Shown here piece by piece: positions 27,487 to 35,570 of a stretch of 38,933 nt of DNA. The stretch's first letter is position 1; every line of letters starts with the position of its first letter. Where the stretch lies: sequence record SRR20825006_1429; one strand, given 5' to 3'. The notes beneath the pieces are model-generated. The model was not told where the DNA came from, did no database searches, and worked only from the letters and a program-made list of their open reading frames with translations. Position numbers and translations under genes: made by a program.

Positions 27487-28776
27487 ATGAAGTACATGTC
27501 ATACTGGCACGACACATCTGCGCTCTTTGCAGATGCGCAAACCGGCCCTGTCACCGGCCACGTCGATGTGGCCGTGATCGGTGGCGGGTTTACCGGGCTG
27601 AATGCCGCCCGCAAGCTGGCGCGTGAAGGTGTCAGTGTCGCCCTGCTGGAGGCCGATCACATCGGTGCCGGCGGGTCCGGGCGCAATGGCGGCCACCTGA
27701 ACAATGGCATGGCGCACGGATATGGCGAGGCCAAGGCCTTCTTTGGCGCGGACCGCGCACATGCGATCTACAAGGCATACGACCGGTCAATCGACATGAT
27801 CGAGGATGTGATCGCCGAGGAGAACATCGACTGCAACTTTCGCCGCTCGGGCAAGCTGAAACTGGCGTCAAAACCGTCGCATGTCGCCGGCCTGCGCGCC
27901 AGCTTTGAGCAACTGAACGCCGAGGTCGACCCAGACACGCGCTGGGTCGACAAGGCGGACCTGCCACAGGAAATCGGCTCTGACGCCTTTCACGGCGCGA
28001 TGATCTACGAAAAATCCGCGATGATGCACATGGGGCGCTATGTGAACGGGTTGGCCGATGCCGCCCACCGCCACGGCGCGATGATCTGGGACCGCGCGCC
28101 GGTCACCGATCGCCAGCGCAGCGGGGCACGCTGGGAGCTGACCACACCCAAGGGCAAGATCACCGCCGACCGCGTCATCGCGGCGACCGGCGCCTATTCG
28201 GGGGCCTATGCGAAAAAACCGCTGACCTATTTCCGGCGGCGGATCATTTCGGTGGGGTCTTTCATCATTGCCACGCGTCCGCTGACCCCGGATGAAATCG
28301 CAGCGACCCTGCCCGGCAACCGCACTTGTGTGACGTCCCTGAATATCGGCAACTACTTCCGCCTGTCGCCGGACAACCGCCTAATCTTTGGCGGTCGTGC
28401 GCGGTTCTCGGCGGTGTCGGACCAGCAGTCAGATGCCAAGTCCGGCGCGATCCTGCGTCAGTCCATGGCGCAGATTTTCCCACATCTGGCCGACGTGCAA
28501 ATCGACTATTGCTGGGGCGGCCTTGTCGGCATGACCAAAGACCGCTTTCCCCGCGCGGGCGAAGCAGACGGGATGATCTATGGCATGGGCTATTCCGGTC
28601 ATGGCGCGCAGATGTCCACGCTGATCGGTCAGTCACTGGCCGATATGGCAATGGGGCGGCAAGACACCAATCCGCTGGCCGGTCTGGACTGGCCCAGCAT
28701 CCCGATGCACAGCGGCAAGCCGTGGTTCTTGCCAATGGTGGGACTGTGGTTCGGCCTGAAGGACCGTCTGTCCTGA
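27487..28776 (+). CDS. FAD-dependent amine oxidoreductase (PuuB/OrdL-like)
   Basis: SYWHDT, VIGGGFTGL, GGSGRNGGH, NRLIFGGR, YCWGG and GYSGHG. Start ATG 27487. Confidence 0.88.
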   Translation: MKYMSYWHDTSALFADAQTGPVTGHVDVAVIGGGFTGLNAARKLAREGVSVALLEADHIGAGGSGRNGGHLNNGMAHGYGEAKAFFGADRAHAIYKAYDRSIDMIEDVIAEENIDCNFRRSGKLKLASKPSHVAGLRASFEQLNAEVDPDTRWVDKADLPQEIGSDAFHGAMIYEKSAMMHMGRYVNGLADAAHRHGAMIWDRAPVTDRQRSGARWELTTPKGKITADRVIAATGAYSGAYAKKPLTYFRRRIISVGSFIIATRPLTPDEIAATLPGNRTCVTSLNIGNYFRLSPDNRLIFGGRARFSAVSDQQSDAKSGAILRQSMAQIFPHLADVQIDYCWGGLVGMTKDRFPRAGEADGMIYGMGYSGHGAQMSTLIGQSLADMAMGRQDTNPLAGLDWPSIPMHSGKPWFLPMVGLWFGLKDRLS

Positions 28777-28806
28777 AAACCGACGGGGGCGGCACGCGCC
28801 CCGGTC

Positions 28807-29787
28807 CTAGCCCAGGGAATGCGACGACAGACCGTATGTTTGCGCATTTTCCGTGGCACGTCGAAACCCGCCCAGATGCATTTCGGTCACCGTGTCGTAA
28901 ACACCCATGCCCGCAGCGGACAGGAACGCCTTGAAATGCTCACTCTGCTGGGGCGTGTCCAAACGGACAAAGCGGCCTTCGCATTGCTGGATCAGCGGTG
29001 CGCACAGGCACATCGCCATCTGGTCGTCTTCTGCAACAACCGGTCCGATCACGATCCCCTTGCCAAAGGGGCGCATCATCGCAAAACCGCAAACCGCGCC
29101 ATCGCGTTCCACCACGACACCTGTCGAAAGATGGATCATGGCATCCAGAACCTCGGGCCGGCTCGCCCCGTATGCATAGCTGTCCAAGGCATGGATCGCC
29201 CCGCGGTCCGATGCTTCGAGCGGGCGCAGGGTCAGACCCTGCGCAAGTTCCGGCATGTGAATAGGCCGCGCCACGCCTTGTTGCTGCCAGATGGCTCCGA
29301 CGGTTTCGAACCCGGCGGATTCATAGAGGGAAAAGCCTGATTTCGTTGCTGAAAGCCGCAGGTCCAGACCTTCGCAATCCTTCAAGATACGCCGCAATAA
29401 CCGACGACCCGCACCCAGGGCCTGCAAGCGTGGTGTCGTCACCATCATGCCGCACATCGCAAAGTCAGACCCCATCGGAAAATACATCGCAGAGCCGATC
29501 GGGCGGCCGATTTCATCCAGCGCGATATATCCCTTACCCAACGACAGAAACGCATCCAGATCATGCGCACGGTGCGGCCAGAACACTGCCACTGTCAGCT
29601 CGTGCATCAACGGGCGATCGGCCAGGGTGATGGGGCGGATCGTCGCCTCGTAAGTGTCCAGCATCAACCGCTCTTCGTCAGCGGGCATGGATCGTGACAT
29701 GAACGCCTTGTACCGCGCGGCACTGGTTGCGCTGCCCGAAGACCTTTTTACCATCTGTTCGTTCATGGTGCCGCTTTTGGCCTGCAT
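28807..29787 (-). CDS. GNAT N-acetyltransferase with YitH-like C-terminal domain, paralog of 24099-24950
   Basis: FWPHR, LQALGAGRRLL, LYESAGF, FGKGIVIGPVVA; C-terminus YGLSSHSLG (paralog ends YALVSQALG). Start uncertain: 29787 has an AGGAAG SD; 29766 or later is possible. Confidence 0.82.
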   Translation of the reverse strand: MQAKSGTMNEQMVKRSSGSATSAARYKAFMSRSMPADEERLMLDTYEATIRPITLADRPLMHELTVAVFWPHRAHDLDAFLSLGKGYIALDEIGRPIGSAMYFPMGSDFAMCGMMVTTPRLQALGAGRRLLRRILKDCEGLDLRLSATKSGFSLYESAGFETVGAIWQQQGVARPIHMPELAQGLTLRPLEASDRGAIHALDSYAYGASRPEVLDAMIHLSTGVVVERDGAVCGFAMMRPFGKGIVIGPVVAEDDQMAMCLCAPLIQQCEGRFVRLDTPQQSEHFKAFLSAAGMGVYDTVTEMHLGGFRRATENAQTYGLSSHSLG

Positions 29788-29867
29788 GTCACGCTTCCTG
29801 TCCTGAACTTTAACAGACACGAGGAACATGCTTCGTGCCGCTGCCATTATGGTCCGAAGTTTATGGT

Positions 29868-30866
29868 TTATTCTACCGAATACCGGTCTTGAATGACACA
29901 ATCTGCTGCGCTTTGACGCAGGATTTCCGGGCCCGCGCCCAGACTTGCGACCGCATCCAGATCTTCGGCCATACGATCACACAGCCAGCGCGCGATCTCG
30001 CGCGCCATCGGTCGCATAGGCCCCGGTCGCGTTGATTGCAGCCGGATCACGCGCCCTGTCTCGATCCAGCGCCCTTGCCATGCAGGGACCAGCCGGCCGC
30101 TGCGCAGGCTGCCTGCCACAACGTTCAGCCAGCCCAATGCAATCCCGGTGCCGTCCGTCGCGGCCTGAATGATCGCGGCATAGTCCGAAAACCCGTGCCA
30201 GACCGCTTCGCCGCGCGCCATGGCGTTCTTGCCCAGAACCGGATCCCATATCGTGCGCGGATGATCCGACAGATGCAAAAACGTATGTCCCGCCCTGAGC
30301 CGCGCAGGGTCCTCGGGCAACATCCCGCCATGTGACGCCAGATACTCGGGGCTGCAAACCGGCACGATCACCTCTGGTGCCAGAACAATGTCATCTGGCC
30401 CGGCCTCGGTGATCAGGGTGGCCAGGTCCACCTCGCCCGCCACGGACTTGCGCGTGCCTGCCACCAGATCAAAGCGCAACACCGCTTGGGGAAATTGCTC
30501 GGACATGGCCGCAAGCCGTGCCCCCAGCCAGTTGGTGACAAAGGCGTTGGACAGCGACAGGACCACCTCGTTCCCGGTTGCACCAGTTTGCGCGCGCAGG
30601 GTTTCGACCGCTTCGCTGATACGTCCCAGCCCCTCGCTGGTGGCAGCATACAGCACGCGCCCCGCATCGGTCAGACGTGCACCACTTGCGCCGCGCACGA
30701 ACAGGGGCTGGCCGATGTCCTGTTCAAGCAGCGCAATGTTGCGGCTGATCGAGGGCTGCGAAATGTTGAAGTCCTTGGCCGCGCGGGTAAAGCTGCCGTG
30801 CCGCGCAACGGTTTCGAACACCAGAAGCGACTTGGGCGACGTGATCAGGCGGGCCAGTTCGGTCAT
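29868..30866 (-). CDS. LysR family regulator (GcvA-like)
   Basis: LLVFETVARHGSFTRAAKDFNISQPSISRNIALLEQDIG.PLF.R; VPVCSPEY; GTGIALGW. Confidence 0.92.
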   Translation of the reverse strand: MTELARLITSPKSLLVFETVARHGSFTRAAKDFNISQPSISRNIALLEQDIGQPLFVRGASGARLTDAGRVLYAATSEGLGRISEAVETLRAQTGATGNEVVLSLSNAFVTNWLGARLAAMSEQFPQAVLRFDLVAGTRKSVAGEVDLATLITEAGPDDIVLAPEVIVPVCSPEYLASHGGMLPEDPARLRAGHTFLHLSDHPRTIWDPVLGKNAMARGEAVWHGFSDYAAIIQAATDGTGIALGWLNVVAGSLRSGRLVPAWQGRWIETGRVIRLQSTRPGPMRPMAREIARWLCDRMAEDLDAVASLGAGPEILRQSAADCVIQDRYSVE

Positions 30867-30879
30867 ACGCTGAGAGTAT
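30865..30879. promoter_or_regulatory. LysR box ATAC-N7-GTAT overlapping the LysR start codon
   Basis: ATAC GCTGAGA GTAT, a T-N11-A dyad ~80 nt upstream of the divergent flavoprotein gene. Confidence 0.7.
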
Positions 30880-30958
30880 AGGGCTTTCCTGTTTTTTCAA
30901 GCTTTATGGGTCCCGGCAAAAGGGCCATGCTGATCGCTGCCACATCAGGAATCTCGCC

Positions 30959-32923
30959 ATGACCGCGCCCACGTCCAACGATCCGCTTTTGTCCCCGTTC
31001 ACGTTGGGCAAGGTGCAATTGCGCAACCGGATCGTCAGCACCAGCCACGCGTCGATGAATGACGACGGCGGTATGCCCGGCGATCGCTATCAGGCCTATC
31101 ACGAGGAAAAGGCGCGCGGCGGGCTGGCCATGACGATGATCGGCGGAAGCGCCATGGTGTCACGCGATTCCAGCTGGGGCGGCGGGCAGCTGGATTTCAG
31201 CAGCGACCGCATCATTCCCTATCTGCAAGCCCTGTCGTCACGGGTGCACAGCCAAGGTGCCGCGGTGATGACCCAGATCTCGCATCTGGGCCGCCGCGCC
31301 AATGCGTTTCACGGCGACTGGACTCCCGTCATCGCACCCTCGCCCATCCGCGAAGTGCGCAGCCGCAGTTTTCCGCGTGAAATGGATCGTGACGACATCG
31401 ACCGAGTGATCGCCGATTACGCCAGCGCCGCCAGACGCGCGCAGGATGGCGGGCTGGACGGTGTGGAAACCCTGTGCGGGGGCCACTTGATCGGTCAGTT
31501 CATGTCGCCCCTTGCCAACCAGCGCACCGACGCATTTGGCGGATCGCTGGAGAACCGCGCCCGTTTCGGGCTGATGGTACACGAAGCAATCCGCGAAGCT
31601 GTCGGGGCCGACTTCGCCGTTGGCATCCGTCTGGTCATCGACGAAGGCACGCCGGGTGGTCTGACCGCCGACGATGGCATCGCACTGGCGCAAATGTTCG
31701 AACGCGAAGGGCTGCTGGATTTCTTTGATGCGATTTACGGGCGGATGGACAGCGACCTGATCCTGTCCGAGGACAACATGCCCGGCATGTTTCAACCCAA
31801 TGCGCCCTACCTGTCGTCGGTCGAACAGTTTCGCAAGGAAGTGACCCTGCCGCTGATCCACGCGGGGGGCATCCGCGACACCGCCACCGCCCGCCACGCC
31901 ATCCGCGCGGGCATTGTCGATCTTGTTGGCATGACCCGTGCGCACCTGACCGATCCGCATCTGGTGCAACACCTGCTGAACGGCACGGAAGACGCCATTC
32001 GCCCTTGCGTCGGCTCCTCTTACTGCCTGTACAAAAAAGCGACCTGCATCCACAACGCGGCCACCGGCAACGAGCTGAAAATACCCCATACCGTCACACC
32101 GGCAGAAACGCCGGGCCGCGTCGTTGTCGTTGGCGGCGGCATTGCCGGGTTAGAGGCCGCGCGCGTCGCCGCACTGCGCGGCCATGCAGTCGTGCTGCTT
32201 GAGGCGGCGTCGCAATTGGGGGGCCAGTTGCGTCTGGCTGCGCGCGCGCCAGAGCGTGCCAACATGATTGGCATCGTCGACTGGCGCATCGCTGAACTCT
32301 CACGGCTTGGGGTCGAGGTGCGCACCAACTGCTATGCAGATGTACAAAACGTGCTGGCCGAAAACCCGGACACGGTATTCGTCGCCACAGGCGGCTTGCC
32401 CGACCTTGGACAGATCGAAGGCGCAGATTTCTGCCAGAACACCTGGGATTTCCTGTCTGGCGCCGTGCCGCCCGCCGCCGAGGTTCTGATCCACGATGGC
32501 ACCGGCCGCGCGCCAGCCCCCTCCTGTGCGTTGCTGGCCAGAAAGTCAGGCAGCAACGTCACCTTTGCCACCAGCGACGGCGTCGTCGGGCAGGAAATGC
32601 CCTATCAGGACGGCACCGGTTTCCGGAAACGCTTTGCCGAACTGGGGGTTCAAATTCTGGGTGATCTGGACCTGCTGCGCGTCGAACAAGCGGGGGCGCG
32701 GCTCAGGGCAACGTTTGTGCACAGTTTTAGCGGCCATTTACACACCGTCGAGACCGACCAGATCGTGGTCGAACGCGGAACGCAGGCGCTGAACGACCTT
32801 TATCACGAACTGAAAGCTTCGGATGCGTTCAAGGGCGTGGCCCACCTTTTGGGCGACGCGGTGGCATCACGCGATGTGCACGCATCAATTCGCAACGCAT
32901 ATGTGGTCGCTCTGACCGCCTGA
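30959..32923 (+). CDS. NADH:flavin oxidoreductase (old yellow enzyme domain + Fe-S + FAD domain), N-methylproline demethylase StcD/HpbA / DgcA-like
   Basis: NDPLL.P, LRNRIVSTSH, EEKARGG, QISHLGRR, GHLIGQF.SP..NQRTD.FGGSLENR, VGMTRAH..DP, RPCVG..YC....CIHNAATG, VVGGGIAGLEAAR and GDAVASR. Confidence 0.88.
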   Translation: MTAPTSNDPLLSPFTLGKVQLRNRIVSTSHASMNDDGGMPGDRYQAYHEEKARGGLAMTMIGGSAMVSRDSSWGGGQLDFSSDRIIPYLQALSSRVHSQGAAVMTQISHLGRRANAFHGDWTPVIAPSPIREVRSRSFPREMDRDDIDRVIADYASAARRAQDGGLDGVETLCGGHLIGQFMSPLANQRTDAFGGSLENRARFGLMVHEAIREAVGADFAVGIRLVIDEGTPGGLTADDGIALAQMFEREGLLDFFDAIYGRMDSDLILSEDNMPGMFQPNAPYLSSVEQFRKEVTLPLIHAGGIRDTATARHAIRAGIVDLVGMTRAHLTDPHLVQHLLNGTEDAIRPCVGSSYCLYKKATCIHNAATGNELKIPHTVTPAETPGRVVVVGGGIAGLEAARVAALRGHAVVLLEAASQLGGQLRLAARAPERANMIGIVDWRIAELSRLGVEVRTNCYADVQNVLAENPDTVFVATGGLPDLGQIEGADFCQNTWDFLSGAVPPAAEVLIHDGTGRAPAPSCALLARKSGSNVTFATSDGVVGQEMPYQDGTGFRKRFAELGVQILGDLDLLRVEQAGARLRATFVHSFSGHLHTVETDQIVVERGTQALNDLYHELKASDAFKGVAHLLGDAVASRDVHASIRNAYVVALTA

Positions 32924-32926
32924 CGT

Positions 32927-32959
32927 AAAAAGGGGGAAGGTGCCCGAACACCCTCCCCC
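32927..32959 (-). terminator. Rho-independent terminator between convergent genes (T tail on minus strand)
   Basis: Plus strand AAAAA GGGGGAAGGTG-CCCGAA-CACCCTCCCCC. Confidence 0.75.
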
Positions 32960-33008
32960 AAGTTAGACCGGAAACAGGGACCTATCCCCGGTCATGACTC
33001 CGCCTTTG

Positions 33009-33530
33009 TTAGCGGCGGGCCAATTGGTAGCCACGTTGACGCAGACATTGCGCGTCATAGCCCTTGCCAAATCCGTACTGGTCGCGAAAGCGTAGTGCGC
33101 AGGCCTCGGGCAGGCTGTTGGTATAGCGATAGTTGCCCGACAGACATTTGCCGCCGAACCCGTTGATCTTGCCCTGACGGGTCTGGAAGGTCCGCAGGCA
33201 GGCCTGGGGCAACAGCTTTCGATTGTCCGCGCGCGGCGGCAGCGGACGCGGGCGCGGCGGCAGCGGGTGATAGCCGGGGCGGTCATGGGGACGGTAACCG
33301 GGGCGATCATAGGGGCGGTGGTTGTCGTAACGCGTCACGTTATCATCCTTGCGGGAATCGTGGATGACCGCGCCTACAATCGCGAGGCCCAGAATGGCGG
33401 CCAGCGCGCGGGCCGTGTCATCCTGATCGGCGGCCGCAGGCGCTGCGGACAGTCCGGTGATGGCGATGGACAAGCCCGCAACGAGGGCGATGAACTTGCG
33501 GTGCAGGGACCGAGGTGTGAAAACCGGCAT
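33009..33530 (-). CDS. Secreted hypothetical protein with Pro/Arg-rich repeat linker and Cys-containing C-terminal domain
   Basis: Signal peptide RKFIALVAGLSIAITGLSAAPAAA; hydrophobic ALAAILGLAIVGAVI; four Cys in the C-terminal domain; SD AAAGGA. Confidence 0.8.
   Translation of the reverse strand: MPVFTPRSLHRKFIALVAGLSIAITGLSAAPAAADQDDTARALAAILGLAIVGAVIHDSRKDDNVTRYDNHRPYDRPGYRPHDRPGYHPLPPRPRPLPPRADNRKLLPQACLRTFQTRQGKINGFGGKCLSGNYRYTNSLPEACALRFRDQYGFGKGYDAQCLRQRGYQLARR
33231..33318 (-). repeat. In-frame tandem repeats RP(Y/H)DRPGY x2 and PLPPR x2
   Basis: 24-nt unit CGCCCCTATGATCGCCCCGGTTAC / CGTCCCCATGACCGCCCCGGCTAT, and CCGCTGCCGCCGCGC twice at 21-nt period (minus strand). Confidence 0.7.
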
Positions 33531-33624
33531 GACGTATTCCTTTCAGACAGGATTTTGTTTTTGGGTGGCCCGGCCTGCATGGCTGAACCTTGGATCAAGG
33601 ATGGGTCCCCTGCCCCCGGTCACA

Positions 33625-33685
33625 CAATAACAGCCCGTTGTTATCCAATATCAGCCGTCCGAAACCCCTGTTGTTATTGAATATC
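33625..33685. promoter_or_regulatory. Repeated TGTTAT motif array in a divergent promoter region
   Basis: GTTGTTATCCAATATC 33637-33652 and GTTGTTATTGAATATC 33670-33685 (14/16 identical, 33 bp period), plus an inverted copy CAATAACAG at 33625-33633. Confidence 0.6.
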
Positions 33686-33711
33686 GCGCGCGCAAGGCGC
33701 ACAGTCGCATC

Positions 33712-33999
33712 ATGAAACACATTCTCCTTTCCCTTGCCTGTGCCGCACTTCTGGCCGCACCGGCGGCGGCCCAGGCCGCCGATTGCTTTGCCGATTACAA
33801 GGCAAAGAAGGACAACCCCTTGCGCCTGCATTACGGTGTGGCGCAGGTGTCGGCCTGTGACCGTGGTGCGGCGCAGGCCGAACTGAAGAACCGTCTTGCC
33901 GCCAGTGGCTGGACGTTGTTGCAGATCATGTCTGTGTTCGGCCCCGAAGGCCTTGATCAAAGGAAAGACAGTGCCGGACAATATTTCCTCCGCTTCTGA
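33712..33999 (+). CDS. Small secreted hypothetical protein
   Basis: Signal peptide MKHILLSLACAALLAAPAAAQA; mature part DCFADYKAKKDNPLRLHYG with two Cys; 95 aa. Confidence 0.8.
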   Translation: MKHILLSLACAALLAAPAAAQAADCFADYKAKKDNPLRLHYGVAQVSACDRGAAQAELKNRLAASGWTLLQIMSVFGPEGLDQRKDSAGQYFLRF

Positions 34000-34675
34000 A
34001 ATGCGCCAGACCGGCGAACGGCTGGTGCTGGGCGGGATCGCGGCGATTGTCGCGATCCTGCTGGCGGCCGCCATTGTGTTGTTCCTGACCCTGCCCGACG
34101 CCGGTGCCTTTAACGCACAGGTCGAGCGGATCTTTGTCGAAAACGCCGATCTGACCAGCCAGTCCGAGATCAAGCTGCTCGAGATCCTTGCGCAATCGGG
34201 CACTGCCTTTTCCGACACGCTGACCAGCTATCGGTTCATCATCTTCGTGTTGCTGACCTTTGCCACCGCAATGCTGGTGGCAGCGCTGGTGTTTCTGGTG
34301 ATGCTGGTCGTGATGGGGCGCAGCCTGAAGCAGATCGAACGCGCGGGCATCGAGGTGAATTCGTTGCTGATCAGCCGCGAGGAAAACACCGTCTACCTGA
34401 ACAACCTTGGCTTCAAGCTGACCGACGCGGCGATGGAAACCATGTCGATCCTGGCCGAGGCGCGGATGGACGACGACGTGCTGTCCGGCGTCGAGATCGA
34501 GGCGATCATCTCGGGGCGCGATGCATCCGACTGCGAAGAGGCCGCAGGGGCGACCCGCATCAAGCGTCTGCGCGACACGCTGGGCAACCAGATCGTCAGC
34601 GAACTGCTGGTCAAGAACATCGCGCGGCGCGGCTATATGCTGGCCGTGGGCAAGGACGTGATCAAGGTGATCTGA
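33971..34675 (+). CDS. Membrane-anchored protein with two TM helices and a C-terminal OmpR/PhoB-like winged-helix domain
   Basis: TM1 LVLGGIAAIVAILLAAAIVLFL; TM2 FIIFVLLTFATAMLVAALVFLVML; C-terminal VYLN...LT...TRIKRLRDTLG...VKNIARRGYML. GTG 33971 has an AAGGA SD (alternative ATG 34001). Confidence 0.78.
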   Translation: MPDNISSASEMRQTGERLVLGGIAAIVAILLAAAIVLFLTLPDAGAFNAQVERIFVENADLTSQSEIKLLEILAQSGTAFSDTLTSYRFIIFVLLTFATAMLVAALVFLVMLVVMGRSLKQIERAGIEVNSLLISREENTVYLNNLGFKLTDAAMETMSILAEARMDDDVLSGVEIEAIISGRDASDCEEAAGATRIKRLRDTLGNQIVSELLVKNIARRGYMLAVGKDVIKVI

Positions 34676-34751
34676 CCTGCCAACTCGCTCTGGTCAAAGT
34701 TGCAAGGCGCGTCCTAAGGTGCGCCTCGCATACACCCCGGAGGAGAAACCG

Positions 34752-35519
34752 ATGCCAGCGCCGATCAACACATTCAAACAAGCCCTCGCCAACGGTGAAA
34801 CCGTCATCGGATCGTGGCTCAGCCTTGGCACGGTCAACACGACCGAACTGATGGGCAACATGGGCTTTGACTGGCTGCTGATCGACGGGGAACACACGCC
34901 CTATGACATCTCGAACCTGCGCAACCAGCTGATGGCGCTCGAGGCGTCGCCGTCCCACGCCGCCGTGCGCGTGCCATCGGGCGAGACATGGATGATCAAA
35001 CAGGTGCTGGACGTGGGCGCGCAAACGGTGCTGGTCCCCATGGTCGAAAGTGCCGAGCAGGCGCGCCAACTGGTGCGTGCGATGAAATACCCGCCCTTCG
35101 GCAATCGTGGTGTCGGCTATTCCAGCACCCGCGCGGCGGGCTTTGGCGGCATCCCCGACTACGGCCAGACGGCGGACGACCAGACCTGCCTGCTGGTGCA
35201 GGTGGAAAACCGCGCCGGTCTGGCTGCGTTGGACGAAATCCTGACCATCGACGGCATCGACGGCGTATTCATCGGCCCCGCCGACCTGTCTGCCGATCTG
35301 GGGTACATGGGCCAGCTCAGCCACCCTGACGTGATGGAAGTCATCCTGGACGCCACCCGCCGGATTGCCGCTGCAGGCAAGGCCCCCGGCATCCTCAGCA
35401 GTGACGAGGACGTGCTGACCGCCGCCATCGACGCAGGCGCGCGCTTTGTCGCTGTCAGCATTGATGCGTCCCTGCTGGCCAACGCCGCCCGCGCCTCGGC
35501 GAAACGCTGGGTCAAATAG
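34752..35519 (+). CDS. HpcH/HpaI class II aldolase family protein
   Basis: FDWLLIDGEHTP, KQVLDVGAQT.LVPMV, YPP.G.RG, VQVE and VFIGPADLS; SD GGAGGAG before ATG 34752. Confidence 0.93.
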   Translation: MPAPINTFKQALANGETVIGSWLSLGTVNTTELMGNMGFDWLLIDGEHTPYDISNLRNQLMALEASPSHAAVRVPSGETWMIKQVLDVGAQTVLVPMVESAEQARQLVRAMKYPPFGNRGVGYSSTRAAGFGGIPDYGQTADDQTCLLVQVENRAGLAALDEILTIDGIDGVFIGPADLSADLGYMGQLSHPDVMEVILDATRRIAAAGKAPGILSSDEDVLTAAIDAGARFVAVSIDASLLANAARASAKRWVK

Positions 35520-35532
35520 GCACGATCCCAGC

Positions 35533-35554
35533 TTTCTTTTGGCTCTAAATATCC
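35533..35554. repeat. Short dispersed intergenic repeat, copy 2
   Basis: TTTCTTTTGGC-TCT-AAATATCC, matching 1410-1431. Confidence 0.55.
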
Positions 35555-35570
35555 AAATCCGGCGGCAGCC

